A stretch of 64,000 nt of DNA, from IMG/VR virus record IMGVR_UViG_3300038393_002936, one strand, 5' to 3'. This DNA comes from a virus. This document shows positions 36,152 through 46,372 of the stretch, piece by piece. The position numbers and the translations under genes were made by a program. Position 1 is the first letter of the stretch. The number at the start of each line of letters is the position of its first letter. The notes beneath the pieces are model-generated. The model was not told where the DNA came from, ran no database searches, and worked only from the letters and a program-made list of their open reading frames with translations.

Positions 36152-37164
36152 TGGCGAACATCCTGTTTCTGGGCGGTGGCCGGCGAGTTGAGCTTGCCCG
36201 CCTGTTCAAGGTTCGTGGTCATGCCATCTTTGGGTACGAAACCTCGACGCAGGTCCCGTTGGCGTCCGAAGCCCAGATAGTTCGGGGTTTGCCCTGGACG
36301 GATGTTGGCTTCGCAGCCAACTTGTCGGAAACTTGCCGGCTTTACGGTATGGACCTGCTGGTCCCACTTGATTGTCGAGCTGTAGCAGAATTGGCGGTCT
36401 GGCGAGCGGTTGGCGAGCGTGAACGAGCTGCTCATTTGGCTTATCGGCGTGTCTCGGACAACTTGATGTTCTTGCTTCGAGAGAGATTCGTCGGTCCTGA
36501 CAATGAGGAAGTTGCCACCACCTGCCTGGATAAGGGTCTGTTTGCGGCCTTCATTGTCGCACACTTTGGGTTCGACACGGACCTATACCCGTTCCCGGTC
36601 TCGGGAAAGCCGGCCATCATCAAGCCGCGGAGGGGGTTCGGGTCGCGGGGCGTGATGAAGGTGGGGGCACTAGTGCCCAACAGTTTCCAGTACGACGGCG
36701 ACGTGGCCCAGGCGTATTTGCCGGGGACCGAATGGTCGGTCGATGCTTATTTCAGTCGGCGAAACGCCGACGGAGCTCCCAAGCTAGTCGGGGCTTCCCC
36801 TCGCCAGCGTCTTCGGGTAGCCGGCGGCGAGGTCATCGAATCCGTTACGGTTGACCGGCCTGACCTGGTCTCGATGACCAAAGAAGTGGGCGAAGCCCTT
36901 CGCCTCACCGGTCCGACGTGCTTTCAGTTTAAGGGTGATGTCGCCAATTCGCCTCGTCTTATCGAGGTGAACGCCAGGTTCGGGGGCGGGGCCACGCTGA
37001 GCATCGAGGCGGGTCTGCCGATGGTGGACTGGGTCTGTGGTGAATATCTGGAGGGCAAAACCTTTCCTGCCGGAAGTGGGCGTGCCCGTCAGGGCGTGTA
37101 CATGAGTCGGTCGTATCGAGACCACTACTGGTTCCCTTCTGCAAAACAAAGCGAGGCGGTATGA
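36151..37164 (+). CDS. ATP-grasp domain ligase
   Basis: ILFLGGGRRV; KPRRGFGSRG; EWSVD; IEVNARFGGG. Confidence 0.85.
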   Translation: MANILFLGGGRRVELARLFKVRGHAIFGYETSTQVPLASEAQIVRGLPWTDVGFAANLSETCRLYGMDLLVPLDCRAVAELAVWRAVGERERAAHLAYRRVSDNLMFLLRERFVGPDNEEVATTCLDKGLFAAFIVAHFGFDTDLYPFPVSGKPAIIKPRRGFGSRGVMKVGALVPNSFQYDGDVAQAYLPGTEWSVDAYFSRRNADGAPKLVGASPRQRLRVAGGEVIESVTVDRPDLVSMTKEVGEALRLTGPTCFQFKGDVANSPRLIEVNARFGGGATLSIEAGLPMVDWVCGEYLEGKTFPAGSGRARQGVYMSRSYRDHYWFPSAKQSEAV

Positions 37165-37343
37165 AGTGGCTTTTTCGAATCGCTACTTACCTCTTGGGCT
37201 GTCGCCACAAATGGAAAATTTTTGGCGTCGGCCCCATCATGGACGACGAAAATCGAGCGGTAGGCAATTATTTCAACATGCAGTGTACAAAGTGCGGCTG
37301 GATTCGTCGAAAAAATGTTCATAGCGGAAGGAGTTGGTGGTAA
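37161..37343 (+). CDS. small protein with CxH / CxxC
   Basis: ATGA overlap. Confidence 0.45.
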   Translation: MKWLFRIATYLLGCRHKWKIFGVGPIMDDENRAVGNYFNMQCTKCGWIRRKNVHSGRSWW

Positions 37344-37705
37344 TGTGCGTTTATAGTATGATTGTTGACCATTACGGTCAGAAGTGGCAAAAAATTATCT
37401 CGCCCGAGCCGCCGTATGCACCGAGCGTGCCTTTTCCGAATCCTCCGCCCTGGAAACTTCCAGGCACTCTCCCTCTCCTGCCGGAGCAGGGCTCTGGTGA
37501 CCAAAGTCGACCGTCGGAAAATAACCCGGTCACTCAAGAAGACCTGGACCAAATCCGTCGGGACATTCAGGACTTAAAGGACCTCCTAAAACGGGCCAAA
37601 GAATATGACGAAAAGACCGGCCAGCCGGACTGCAAGCTGGATGAGAAAAAGAGACGGCTAAAGGAAATCGCGGATATGGTCGGAGTGGACATCGAATTCC
37701 CCTGA
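37334..37705 (+). CDS. hypothetical protein
   Basis: GGAG RBS; Pro-rich segment. Confidence 0.55.
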   Translation: MVVMCVYSMIVDHYGQKWQKIISPEPPYAPSVPFPNPPPWKLPGTLPLLPEQGSGDQSRPSENNPVTQEDLDQIRRDIQDLKDLLKRAKEYDEKTGQPDCKLDEKKRRLKEIADMVGVDIEFP

Positions 37706-37716
37706 CGGAGCATTGA

Positions 37717-38478
37717 ATGGTTAATATTGCCGTCGCGAGTATGTTCCGGAATTCGGAAGTTTGGCATGGCCGCCAAATTAACCAGGTAGACAAGTTTTTT
37801 AACAGCATTCTTGGACAGGAAGGTGGCAGTAAACACTTCGACCTAACTTTCCACCTGGTTGAAGGGAATAGCACGGACACCACACTTAAGAAACTGCGTT
37901 ACTGGCAATCCATCTTTCCCGACATCACCTTGTACCAAAAGCAGGTGAAGGGGTCAGAAGTCGCAAGCGTGGTGAGCGAAACCCGGTTTAAGAACTTATC
38001 GTCAGTTGGGAATGTGGCCCTGCAAGCCGCACGGGATAGCGGAACTGACTATGTTCTGTGGATGGAATCCGACCTGATTCCACCAGCAAATCTGGCTATC
38101 TCGCTCTTACTTCCGTTCATGGAAGAGTCGGCTGAACAAAGTATTTTTGCTGTGGCTCCAGTTCCGGTCTTTCACCAGGGCGGCCGAAAGCTCTTTTACG
38201 ACACCTGGGCCTTCGAAGGGTCGGATGGGCAAAAATGGGGGAATGGAGACCTGGACAAGCTGGTCAAAACCAGCACTTGCCTTCGTTCCATGAACAGTAT
38301 CGGGTCCTGCGCTTTGCTGAACGGTAGTATTTTGCGGGAACACCGACTGGACTTCGGCGAAGGGTGTTTCCCGGCACTATGCAAGTCCGGCAGGGAAGCA
38401 GGATATGGGGTTTACTGCGACGTAACGGTTGAGGTCCAACACCCTTGCAACGAGAACGTCAACGGTCGACTGATTTGA
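37717..38478 (+). CDS. GT-A-like glycosyltransferase
   Basis: YVLWMESDL; FYDTWAF; SIGSCAL. Confidence 0.65.
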   Translation: MVNIAVASMFRNSEVWHGRQINQVDKFFNSILGQEGGSKHFDLTFHLVEGNSTDTTLKKLRYWQSIFPDITLYQKQVKGSEVASVVSETRFKNLSSVGNVALQAARDSGTDYVLWMESDLIPPANLAISLLLPFMEESAEQSIFAVAPVPVFHQGGRKLFYDTWAFEGSDGQKWGNGDLDKLVKTSTCLRSMNSIGSCALLNGSILREHRLDFGEGCFPALCKSGREAGYGVYCDVTVEVQHPCNENVNGRLI

Positions 38479-38504
38479 GGTCGGGTCCTCCGGACACCCT
38501 GGCA

Positions 38505-39617
38505 GTGCCAACAATTCCCGTGTACCGGCCGTACGTGGCCACGAACCAGACCGCTTATGTGCTGGACTGTTTGCGGCGAAACGAACTGAGCTACCGGGGG
38601 TTCTGGGTTCCCCGGTTCGAGGAGAAGGTTTCACAGTACCTGGGCGTCAAGCACGTTGTCGCCACATGCAATGGGACACTATCGCTGTTCGCCGCCTATC
38701 AGGTAGTATTCGGTGCTGACTGTGCTGCTCCTGCCTTGAAGCAGGTGCGAAGCACGAACTATGTGGTGGTTCCGACGACGACGTATGCGGCGACCGTTTC
38801 CCAGCTTATCCTGGCCGGGTTTACCCCGCTCTACATCGACTGCGACGAGGGTTTCCGGGCGGACCTGAACCAGCTCGATGATGCCCTTCGTCGCTACTTG
38901 GTCGCCGGTGTGGTGATTCCGACGCTGTACGCGGACGGCCCCGACATGGGCGAGGTGGTGCGGCTTTGCCAAAAGAGGGGCGTTCCGCTGGTCGAGGATG
39001 CGGCCGAGGCTTTCGCTTGTGCTCAAGGAACGAAGTTCCTTGGCACATTCGGGGCCGCCAGCTCCTTTTCTTTTTTTGCCAACAAAATTATGACGAGCGG
39101 GGGCGAGGGCGGTTGCGTAGCGACCAACGATGATGGGGTGGCCGCTCGCGTTCGCCGGTTCATCAACCAAGGCACGGTCGGTGGCTATCGGCATTTGGAA
39201 CCGGGGACGAACGCCCGGATGACGGCGATTCAGGCGGCCATCGGCTGTGCCCAGCTCGAAGACTTACCGACCATCCTTGAACGAAAGCGAGCTATCGCCC
39301 GGTTTTACCGGGAAAATCTGCGGTTCAAGGGTGTTACATCGAGGTCGTCTTCGACCTCGGAGTGGATGCCGGTCTTTCAGTTACCCTTCGCAACCTACGA
39401 AGACTTCCGCCAGCACTGCGAACGACACGGGGTCGAAGTAAGACCGACCTTCCCGCCCCTGCACCACATGCCAGGATTTGCCGGTTATCAGCCGTTCGAC
39501 CTGTGGACCTCACTATGGTTGGAAAACCGACATTTTATCGTGCCGTGTTTTCCGGACATATCGGAAGCGGAACTCGAAAGGGTGGTTGATGTGGTCAACA
39601 GTTGCGACTATTTTTAG
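38505..39617 (+). CDS. DegT/DnrJ/EryC1/StrS PLP sugar aminotransferase
   Basis: NGTLSL; VEDAAEA; SFFANKIMTSGGEGG. Confidence 0.92.
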   Translation: MPTIPVYRPYVATNQTAYVLDCLRRNELSYRGFWVPRFEEKVSQYLGVKHVVATCNGTLSLFAAYQVVFGADCAAPALKQVRSTNYVVVPTTTYAATVSQLILAGFTPLYIDCDEGFRADLNQLDDALRRYLVAGVVIPTLYADGPDMGEVVRLCQKRGVPLVEDAAEAFACAQGTKFLGTFGAASSFSFFANKIMTSGGEGGCVATNDDGVAARVRRFINQGTVGGYRHLEPGTNARMTAIQAAIGCAQLEDLPTILERKRAIARFYRENLRFKGVTSRSSSTSEWMPVFQLPFATYEDFRQHCERHGVEVRPTFPPLHHMPGFAGYQPFDLWTSLWLENRHFIVPCFPDISEAELERVVDVVNSCDYF

Positions 39618-39628
39618 GAGTAGGAACC

Positions 39629-40120
39629 ATGCACTGGCGAACTTTCCTTGGCTCCCTTGCCACGCTCCTAATTCCTTTTCGGAAGTCTCGAGCGGCCCCG
39701 AAGGTAGTTCACCCGCTTTACGGCGAGTATGTCTCGCACCACTGTTCGAATAACATCAGACATATGGAATTGTGCCTGGACGACCTAAAGTATCCGCCAG
39801 TTTCCAAAACGGCTTCGTCGTATTTTCGATATGTGGATTTTCCAATTGAAACCACTCTAGTTATTCGGCTGGGCAAGTCAGAATTCTTATATATGGCGTT
39901 TAACGCCTCGCAGCAACTATGCGATGAAATTAACCAGATGAGTCCGACCGAAATCGTGCGAGTGTTGTCGCTAGATGTCGAGACGGAGGCCCACGATATC
40001 GAATTTATCGACAAGGGCTCCATTGTAAAGGAACAGTATCCAGACGCCATCACTGTTCAAGATTCAGGACCCCGTAAGGTTAAGTTTCGACTGACTTCCG
40101 TGGTTTTGAGGGGCGAATGA
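39629..40120 (+). CDS. hypothetical protein
   Basis: AGGAG RBS. Confidence 0.55.
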   Translation: MHWRTFLGSLATLLIPFRKSRAAPKVVHPLYGEYVSHHCSNNIRHMELCLDDLKYPPVSKTASSYFRYVDFPIETTLVIRLGKSEFLYMAFNASQQLCDEINQMSPTEIVRVLSLDVETEAHDIEFIDKGSIVKEQYPDAITVQDSGPRKVKFRLTSVVLRGE

Positions 40121-40701
40121 AACCCATTATTTTTTTTGACCTTGACGGTGTCTTAGCCGACCTTGTCACCGGTGCTTTACGACACCACAAAGCCACGTTG
40201 CCTATTATGGAAGTCCAGTACGACTTTTGCACCCAACTTGGCTTCAGCGGACATACAGACCCAGCTTTTTGGGACCCTCTCGGATTCAATTTCTGGTCTA
40301 CTTTGGGTATTTACCCGGACGGTCTCTGTTTGTTGCGTGCGGCCGAGTCGCTCGTCGGGCCTGACAGCATTGGATTCCTGACTGCTCCGACCAAGTCTCG
40401 CGGGTGTGTGGACGGCAAACTGGCGTGGGTCGAGAAGCATTTTCCGGATTACGTCGACCGGGTCTTTACCGGCAAATCGAAGGAGATGTTCGCCTCGCCC
40501 GACAAGATTCTGGTGGACGACTCGGATTTGAACATCGAGAAGTTTTCCGGCAGAGGAGGGAGGGGTGTGCTTGTGCCGCGGCCGTGGAATCGCAACCGGG
40601 CTGGCTGCAATAAGGATGGCTCGTTCAACGTGGTGGTCGCCCACTCAGAACTCCAGTATGTAGTGCGACTAATCGATTGTTTGCCGGCTCTCAAGGTGTA
40701 A
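40117..40701 (+). CDS. HAD 5'(3')-deoxyribonucleotidase
   Basis: FDLDGVLAD; GKLAWV; LVDD. Confidence 0.85.
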   Translation: MKPIIFFDLDGVLADLVTGALRHHKATLPIMEVQYDFCTQLGFSGHTDPAFWDPLGFNFWSTLGIYPDGLCLLRAAESLVGPDSIGFLTAPTKSRGCVDGKLAWVEKHFPDYVDRVFTGKSKEMFASPDKILVDDSDLNIEKFSGRGGRGVLVPRPWNRNRAGCNKDGSFNVVVAHSELQYVVRLIDCLPALKV

Positions 40702-40703
40702 TC

Positions 40704-41075
40704 ATGAGTTGGTATCCGGTTGTTTGTAAAAAGTGTGGGTTCGCGGACCCCGAATTGTGGGTTCCGATGAGCGATGCGAACTGGCCCATCAAGTGCCCCC
40801 AGTGCAAGAAAAAGAAATTAGAGCGAGATTATGGGGTGCCCATTGTTCCGGTCATTCAAGACAAGACTCCGAAGACGGTAGGCCAACAGGCCGAGGCCAA
40901 CAAAAAGGCAATGGGCAACGAACAGTGGCAAAAGAAGCGAGATGAATTGCTGGGTGAAAAAGGTCGCCAGCAGCAGGCTACGCCAACACCGTGGTGGCGG
41001 CCGGAAGGGTCGAAACCGCTGGACGTGACGAAAATCAAGGATGTTCAAAAGTACATTGAGACTGGGGAGAAGTGA
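40704..41075 (+). CDS. FmdB-like zinc-ribbon protein
   Basis: YPVVCKKCG...CPQCKK..LER. Confidence 0.7.
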   Translation: MSWYPVVCKKCGFADPELWVPMSDANWPIKCPQCKKKKLERDYGVPIVPVIQDKTPKTVGQQAEANKKAMGNEQWQKKRDELLGEKGRQQQATPTPWWRPEGSKPLDVTKIKDVQKYIETGEK

Positions 41076-41146
41076 GTTGAGCTTCGCTCAACGGCATAGG
41101 TCGTACTTTGTACGACGTCGCAGCTCACCTTGGAGGCCATTAGAAA

Positions 41147-41518
41147 GTGATTAAAACACAGTGGAATCATGTGACCGAACCGGCCAAGAAGGTCGGTCTT
41201 AGCGATGGTGGAGAACAAGTTCTCCGGTGTAGCAATTGTGATAAACCTTTGTGCTGCCTGAAAATCGTCCGGCCTGATGTGCGGCACGCTTGGCGTGCCA
41301 GGGCGACTTGCCCATACGGCTGCGTGAAGCGAGACGGAACCCCGGAACTCTCCTTCCCGGTCGAGATTGTCGGCCTGGTCAAGCAAGGCGGATACGGGGT
41401 CGACAGCGAAACGAATCCGAACGACAGCCGCATGCTGACTGCGATTTCGCATAGTACCGAGGATGTGGACTCGGAAGGACCCATCATTACTTTTCATTGC
41501 GTGAAACGTGCATACTGA
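41147..41518 (+). CDS. hypothetical protein with CxxC
   Basis: ORF in operon. Confidence 0.55.
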   Translation: MIKTQWNHVTEPAKKVGLSDGGEQVLRCSNCDKPLCCLKIVRPDVRHAWRARATCPYGCVKRDGTPELSFPVEIVGLVKQGGYGVDSETNPNDSRMLTAISHSTEDVDSEGPIITFHCVKRAY

Positions 41519-41909
41519 AAAAATCGACATTAATTGTTTTAGGCAGGAACCTCCTCCGGCCAAGCCGAGGGTGGCAAAGTCACCCGAGGGAAAGCCGGCT
41601 GGGGCGACTTACTGGTTGTTCGACCGGACCAAGGCGGAAGCGGATTCGCTGCACTGCGTGGCGAAGGCCACCCCGCTTCAGGACCGCGGCGGGTTCGCGT
41701 ACTTTGTCCGCCGCAGCACGATGGGCGACAAGCGGTTTTTTAACGTGCTCGAGGATTCACCCGCGGAGCTGACCGGGCAGAACCGCTCAAGCGGCCGGCT
41801 CCGCTGGGAGTACGTGTCGGTTCCCGAAGACTCGTATCTGGCGTACGTCCAGTTTCTGACCACTTCCAATCCTGTTCACCTGCGGCACGCGGAAAGGCTG
41901 GGCTCTTAA
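41508..41909 (+). CDS. hypothetical protein
   Basis: ORF in operon. Confidence 0.55.
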   Translation: MHTEKIDINCFRQEPPPAKPRVAKSPEGKPAGATYWLFDRTKAEADSLHCVAKATPLQDRGGFAYFVRRSTMGDKRFFNVLEDSPAELTGQNRSSGRLRWEYVSVPEDSYLAYVQFLTTSNPVHLRHAERLGS

Positions 41910-42325
41910 TGACTACTCCAAAGGGGGGTGCGTCCCGCACCAAAAAGGCAGCGAAATCTGAGCCCGCCACGCGGGCGAAGAAGTGGACTGAAGTCGAGGA
42001 CTTCTACCTTCGTAACAATGCGACGGTCCCCGAGAAGGACCTGGCCAAGTCCCTGAAGCGACCCGTGAAACAGGTCCAGGACCGACTCAAGGAGCTGGAA
42101 ATCGACGTGGACTCACTGCGGGCCCAACAGCGGCGAGAGGCCGGAATGAAGGGGTTCCAGGTCGGGTCGGCCAACGACAAGAGCGCAAACATTGTCGCCA
42201 TGACTGGAGGCAGGAGCCTCCAGGATGATATCAAAGCCGGCACGAGCCCGTTCGGGGCGAAGCCGGAGGAGAAGCCCGGCGAGGTGTTTATGGAGCGGTT
42301 TAAGAACCAAATTGCTCGCGGGTAA
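41909..42325 (+). CDS. hypothetical protein with possible HTH
   Basis: WTEVED.YL...DLAKSLKRP. Confidence 0.55.
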   Translation: MTTPKGGASRTKKAAKSEPATRAKKWTEVEDFYLRNNATVPEKDLAKSLKRPVKQVQDRLKELEIDVDSLRAQQRREAGMKGFQVGSANDKSANIVAMTGGRSLQDDIKAGTSPFGAKPEEKPGEVFMERFKNQIARG

Positions 42326-42393
42326 CTGCATTCCCCGGTTTTTAAACCTATCCGGCACCGAAACAACTGCGAGAGCGGTGAGCGAAGCGAACC

Positions 42394-42822
42394 ATGGTAA
42401 TTGGTGAAGACGACTGGACCCGGTCCCGCTGGCTTACCCACGCCCGGTGGGAAGCCGACCTGTCAGACGGGACGCTGGCCATCGGGGACGACGACCGGCT
42501 GCCGAATTCTTGGGGTCGGCTCAAGCTCTATTGCGAGGCTCGGAGTCTGACCGTCCGAACGGTCCGGCTCCGGTTCCGCACGAACACGGTCGAGGCCCTG
42601 CCCCGCAACGCCGCCGGCTACCTGGTCCGACCCGGGGTCTGGTCGGACATGCACGAGCAGGTCACCCGGGGCACGTTCGCGGTGGGTTATCTGGACCCCG
42701 CCGTGAACAAGGTCAAGGTGTCTATCTTTTTCGTGCCCGAACTCGTCCTTTTCCGGCAGGAAGAGCGAGATGTGGGTGACGAGCAGGGTGTCGGGGAGTC
42801 CCTCTTGACCAACCCTGTTTAA
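42394..42822 (+). CDS. hypothetical protein
   Basis: ORF. Confidence 0.55.
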   Translation: MVIGEDDWTRSRWLTHARWEADLSDGTLAIGDDDRLPNSWGRLKLYCEARSLTVRTVRLRFRTNTVEALPRNAAGYLVRPGVWSDMHEQVTRGTFAVGYLDPAVNKVKVSIFFVPELVLFRQEERDVGDEQGVGESLLTNPV

Positions 42823-42833
42823 GACACTATTAT
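42805..42833 (+). promoter_or_regulatory. sigma70-type promoter
   Basis: TTGACC-N17-TATTAT, flanked by motif copies at 42751 and 42863. Confidence 0.6.
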
Positions 42834-42858
42834 ATAGGTACGCACCGTGACACCCTGA

Positions 42859-43647
42859 TTGACTTCCCTGCCGGAACGGGCGGAGCCGCCAATGCATATC
42901 AAGTCGGACCAGGAATACCTGGAAGTGTTTCGCCTTCGGCAGAAGTTGCTGAGGTCAGTTGACTCCGACGACGACTGGGGGCTCGACGGCGGGGAAGCCG
43001 CCCATCTCGACCGAGTCCTTCGCTCTGCACTCGATGAGTACGAAGACGACAAAGGGGACGAGACCCGCCAGGGTCACTGGATACCCACCGTCTCCGGCCG
43101 CCGCTTCTGGTTGGGCGACCCTCGGCCCGAGGACATCGAGCCGTTCGACATCGCGTACGGGCTCAGCCGCATCCCCCGCTTTAACGGTATGACGGTCGGC
43201 GACCCGTACAGCGTGGCCCAGCACAGCACGGTCGGCTCGTTCTTGGCTCCGCCCGGGTTCGCCCTTCATTTTTTGCTGCACGATGCCCACGAGTTCTTGG
43301 GCCAAGACATCACGTCTCCCCTGAAGCGGGAGCTGGGCCCCGAATACCGGAGGGTCGAAGAGGGTTTCAAGGACGCGGTCGACCGCCGGTTCGGGTTGGC
43401 CTGGACCGAAGAAGCGAAGCGAGTCGTCAAAGATGTCGACAACCAGATGTTGTTGCTGGAAATTGAAGAACTGACGCCGTGGCGGGTGCTGAACGGACAT
43501 GTGTCTGCGACACGGCCTCGCCTGCGGCTTCAGCCTCAGAAGTGGCAAATGGCCTTCGTCAGTTTTTCGTGGCGACTAAATGCTCTACTAGACTGCGAGG
43601 CCATCAAAATCCCCGATGACATCCGGGAGGCGGCAGGTGTCAGATGA
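42859..43647 (+). CDS. HD-superfamily 5'-deoxynucleotidase (YfbR-like, phage type)
   Basis: DIAYGLS...YSVAQHS...LLHDAHE. Confidence 0.85.
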   Translation: MTSLPERAEPPMHIKSDQEYLEVFRLRQKLLRSVDSDDDWGLDGGEAAHLDRVLRSALDEYEDDKGDETRQGHWIPTVSGRRFWLGDPRPEDIEPFDIAYGLSRIPRFNGMTVGDPYSVAQHSTVGSFLAPPGFALHFLLHDAHEFLGQDITSPLKRELGPEYRRVEEGFKDAVDRRFGLAWTEEAKRVVKDVDNQMLLLEIEELTPWRVLNGHVSATRPRLRLQPQKWQMAFVSFSWRLNALLDCEAIKIPDDIREAAGVR

Positions 43648-44089
43648 GGCACGATACGAAAGCCAGTTCGGGGCAGGTCAGGTTAAAGTAGAACACTGGT
43701 TGGCAGAGTTCTTGTGTGCTCGCCAAGCCCGTTCGAAGAACGTAGAATTGCCCCCGAAGTTCTGGTCACACCCGCAATACAAAACGATTTGGGAACGCTG
43801 TTATAAACAGCAACTGAGGGCGGCACTCGCCCTGTTGCGACTTTATTCGCCCCGGGCCATCTCGGCGGCTCTCAGGTCGAAAGAGGGCAAAAAGGTACTA
43901 TCGCTGGCGGCCCCCTGGTTCGACCCGCTCGTTCAGGCCGAACAACACAAATTGGATGTCGCGGAGCGGCTACGACAGGACCAACCGGCCGAGCCAGTGA
44001 TTCCTGAACCACCGGTTCAAAACCTAAAAAGTATCAGGCCACCTTTTGTGTTGAATCGCAGTATTTTGGAGCGGCTGGATGAAGGGTGA
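43616..44089 (+). CDS. hypothetical protein
   Basis: ORF in operon. Confidence 0.55.
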   Translation: MTSGRRQVSDEARYESQFGAGQVKVEHWLAEFLCARQARSKNVELPPKFWSHPQYKTIWERCYKQQLRAALALLRLYSPRAISAALRSKEGKKVLSLAAPWFDPLVQAEQHKLDVAERLRQDQPAEPVIPEPPVQNLKSIRPPFVLNRSILERLDEG

Positions 44090-44879
44090 GAGAAAGCCGT
44101 TGGTCCCAGGAGGTCTTTACGGCAAATGGAAAGTTATTGAGGTCGACCCAGTAAGAGGGAGCCGCGGAAGCATAAAATACCTGTGTATTTGCACTCCGTG
44201 TGGAAAAACCTTTTCGGTTTATAAACATATCATTGTCAAGGGGCGAAGTAGCCAGTGCAGAAGCTGCGCAAGAAAGGAACAACGAGCCCAAAAGTACATG
44301 CTTCGGGAGGGAGAACGGTTTGGCAAGTGGGAGGTGATAAAGTTCGACTCAAGACCCCGAAGCATAAAATATAAGGGGTTCAAGTTCATCTGCTTGTGTC
44401 ATGAATGTGGCAAAAAGTGGTCGGTGATGGGTTCGCAGCTTCGAAGAGGCAAATCCACCTACTGTCGACCTTGTAATCTGGGAAAGCAACAAGAAGAAAA
44501 CGTCAATTGGCGAGGATATGGAAAAATATCGCGGACTACCTTCTTTTTCATACAGAAAGGTGCGGAAACTCGCGGGTTGGAGTTCCGGGTCACAATTCAA
44601 GAATTATGGGAACTTTACGAGTCACAAGGAGGGCTTTGTGCCCTGACCAAGCAACCTATTTCATTTGGCTCATACCGGTATGACAATATAACCGCATCTC
44701 TTGACCGAATTAACTCAGAATATGGTTATTACATAGGCAATGTCCAATGGGTCCATAAAGACATCAACATGATGAAACTCGACTACGGTCAAGACGAGTT
44801 TATTGAGTGGTGTCGAAAAGTAGCGGACGCAAACCCTCGGAGACAAGAAAATGGCCAAGAAAACCCAGTCTCAGCCTGA
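44079..44879 (+). CDS. free-standing HNH-like homing endonuclease, low GC
   Basis: Two C.C.CG zinc-ribbon repeats; SLDRINS..GY..GNVQWV...N.MK. Confidence 0.8.
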   Translation: MKGERKPLVPGGLYGKWKVIEVDPVRGSRGSIKYLCICTPCGKTFSVYKHIIVKGRSSQCRSCARKEQRAQKYMLREGERFGKWEVIKFDSRPRSIKYKGFKFICLCHECGKKWSVMGSQLRRGKSTYCRPCNLGKQQEENVNWRGYGKISRTTFFFIQKGAETRGLEFRVTIQELWELYESQGGLCALTKQPISFGSYRYDNITASLDRINSEYGYYIGNVQWVHKDINMMKLDYGQDEFIEWCRKVADANPRRQENGQENPVSA

Positions 44880-45957
44880 TAGCAGTGTGTCGTCCGAGAT
44901 TGCTCGCCTTATCGCTGAGGTCGACAAGGAGTACGGAGCCGGCATTATCCGACCGGGCCAGTTCCTGCTTGAAAACCCGCCGAACATTATTCCTTTTAGT
45001 CCGGGAATTGACACGAAGGTAAAAGGATGTCCGGATGGCTCTTTCGTGACCATTTCCGGGCCGCCGAAGACCGGCAAGGGTGTTACGGCCCTGAGTTTCC
45101 TGGCCGAGTGCCAAAAGCCCGAAAACGGGTCTCGACCGGTCATGATTCTGAGCGTTGAACACCGCCTTAGTCAGCGGGACCTTATGGGGATTGAGGGACT
45201 CAAGTACACCGAGCCGCATCTTTATTTCATCGAGTCTAAAAAGGGCAGATTGCTAAGTAGCGTAGATTTCTTAGACATCGGCGGGCGGTTTCTCAAGAGT
45301 TGCCCAGGTGGCGTTCTCCTGATTGACAGCGTGAGTGCCCTTGTCAATCCGGACATGATGAACGAGAACCTGGACGCCCAGGACCGGGGGGCGGGCAACA
45401 AGTACGTGTGCCGCTTCTGCGACATTTACGGGCCGGTGTGTCGCGTTAACGGGAACATCGTGGTAGGCATCGTTCAAATGTATAGCAATACATCAGGAAA
45501 AGGCGCATGGGTGCTCGAAAAAGTCCCATCGAGATTTAAGCATCAGACCGACCTCTGGCTCTGTCTCAAATCTAGTCGGCCCTGGAAGACATCTGACGCA
45601 GAAGACGCAGAAGAAGTTGGCCTCCAGGTGACTTGGGAGATAAAGAACTCCAGCATCGGCAATAGAGGCAAGGTCGAGTCATGGATACGGTACGGGGTCG
45701 GCGTCGACAAGGTTTATGAACTCTTCTTGCTTGCCAACGCCTTCGGCATCATCAGCGGGACCGGTTGGTACACGTTCGATTTTTTGGAGAAGAAACCCGA
45801 GCTCCGCAAGGGAACTGACTACGCGGATAAGGAGGTAGTGAAAGTGCAGGGCAAAGAAAAGGCCTTGCAATTGTTAAAGGACCATCCTGCATGGATTGCA
45901 GCACTTTATGAAGCGGTAGGACCATTTATCCGGCCGGCGGCTTCGTCTGGGGCCTAA
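44851..45957 (+). CDS. recA: RecA/UvsX-like recombinase
   Basis: GPPKTGK Walker A; LLIDSVSAL Walker B. Confidence 0.8.
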   Translation: MAKKTQSQPDSSVSSEIARLIAEVDKEYGAGIIRPGQFLLENPPNIIPFSPGIDTKVKGCPDGSFVTISGPPKTGKGVTALSFLAECQKPENGSRPVMILSVEHRLSQRDLMGIEGLKYTEPHLYFIESKKGRLLSSVDFLDIGGRFLKSCPGGVLLIDSVSALVNPDMMNENLDAQDRGAGNKYVCRFCDIYGPVCRVNGNIVVGIVQMYSNTSGKGAWVLEKVPSRFKHQTDLWLCLKSSRPWKTSDAEDAEEVGLQVTWEIKNSSIGNRGKVESWIRYGVGVDKVYELFLLANAFGIISGTGWYTFDFLEKKPELRKGTDYADKEVVKVQGKEKALQLLKDHPAWIAALYEAVGPFIRPAASSGA

Positions 45958-45958
45958 G

Positions 45959-46372
45959 GTGGCTAATCCTTTTTTCCGGCAGGGAAACATCATGCTGCTG
46001 GCGACATTCGGCGTGGAAGATGCCGTCAATCTGGTTCGAACCCTCACGGCTCAAGAAGGGCCGCATGAGTCGGTTGTCGTCACCGCCCCGACTTACGCCC
46101 AAGCCAAGAAGGTTCTTCGGCAACTGTCGACCGAACTTTTCGGCTGCAAAGAGCAGGTCACAGTCGAGTTCGACCGCACCTCGCTCAAGGTCTGGAATAC
46201 GGAGGTCGTGGCTATGTCCCTCGGTCGAGTGGCGGACCTCAAGCCCGATGTTCTGGTCGTTGTGAATATCTACCAGGTCCCCCGCCAGGTACTCGGCAAA
46301 ATCCTCGTGTCGCTCGGGGGGTCGCGAGCCGACCTGCTCGCCATCGGAAAGCACATGGAAATCTGCGGGTGA
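45959..46372 (+). CDS. hypothetical protein
   Basis: ORF flanked by convergent motif copies. Confidence 0.5.
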   Translation: MANPFFRQGNIMLLATFGVEDAVNLVRTLTAQEGPHESVVVTAPTYAQAKKVLRQLSTELFGCKEQVTVEFDRTSLKVWNTEVVAMSLGRVADLKPDVLVVVNIYQVPRQVLGKILVSLGGSRADLLAIGKHMEICG

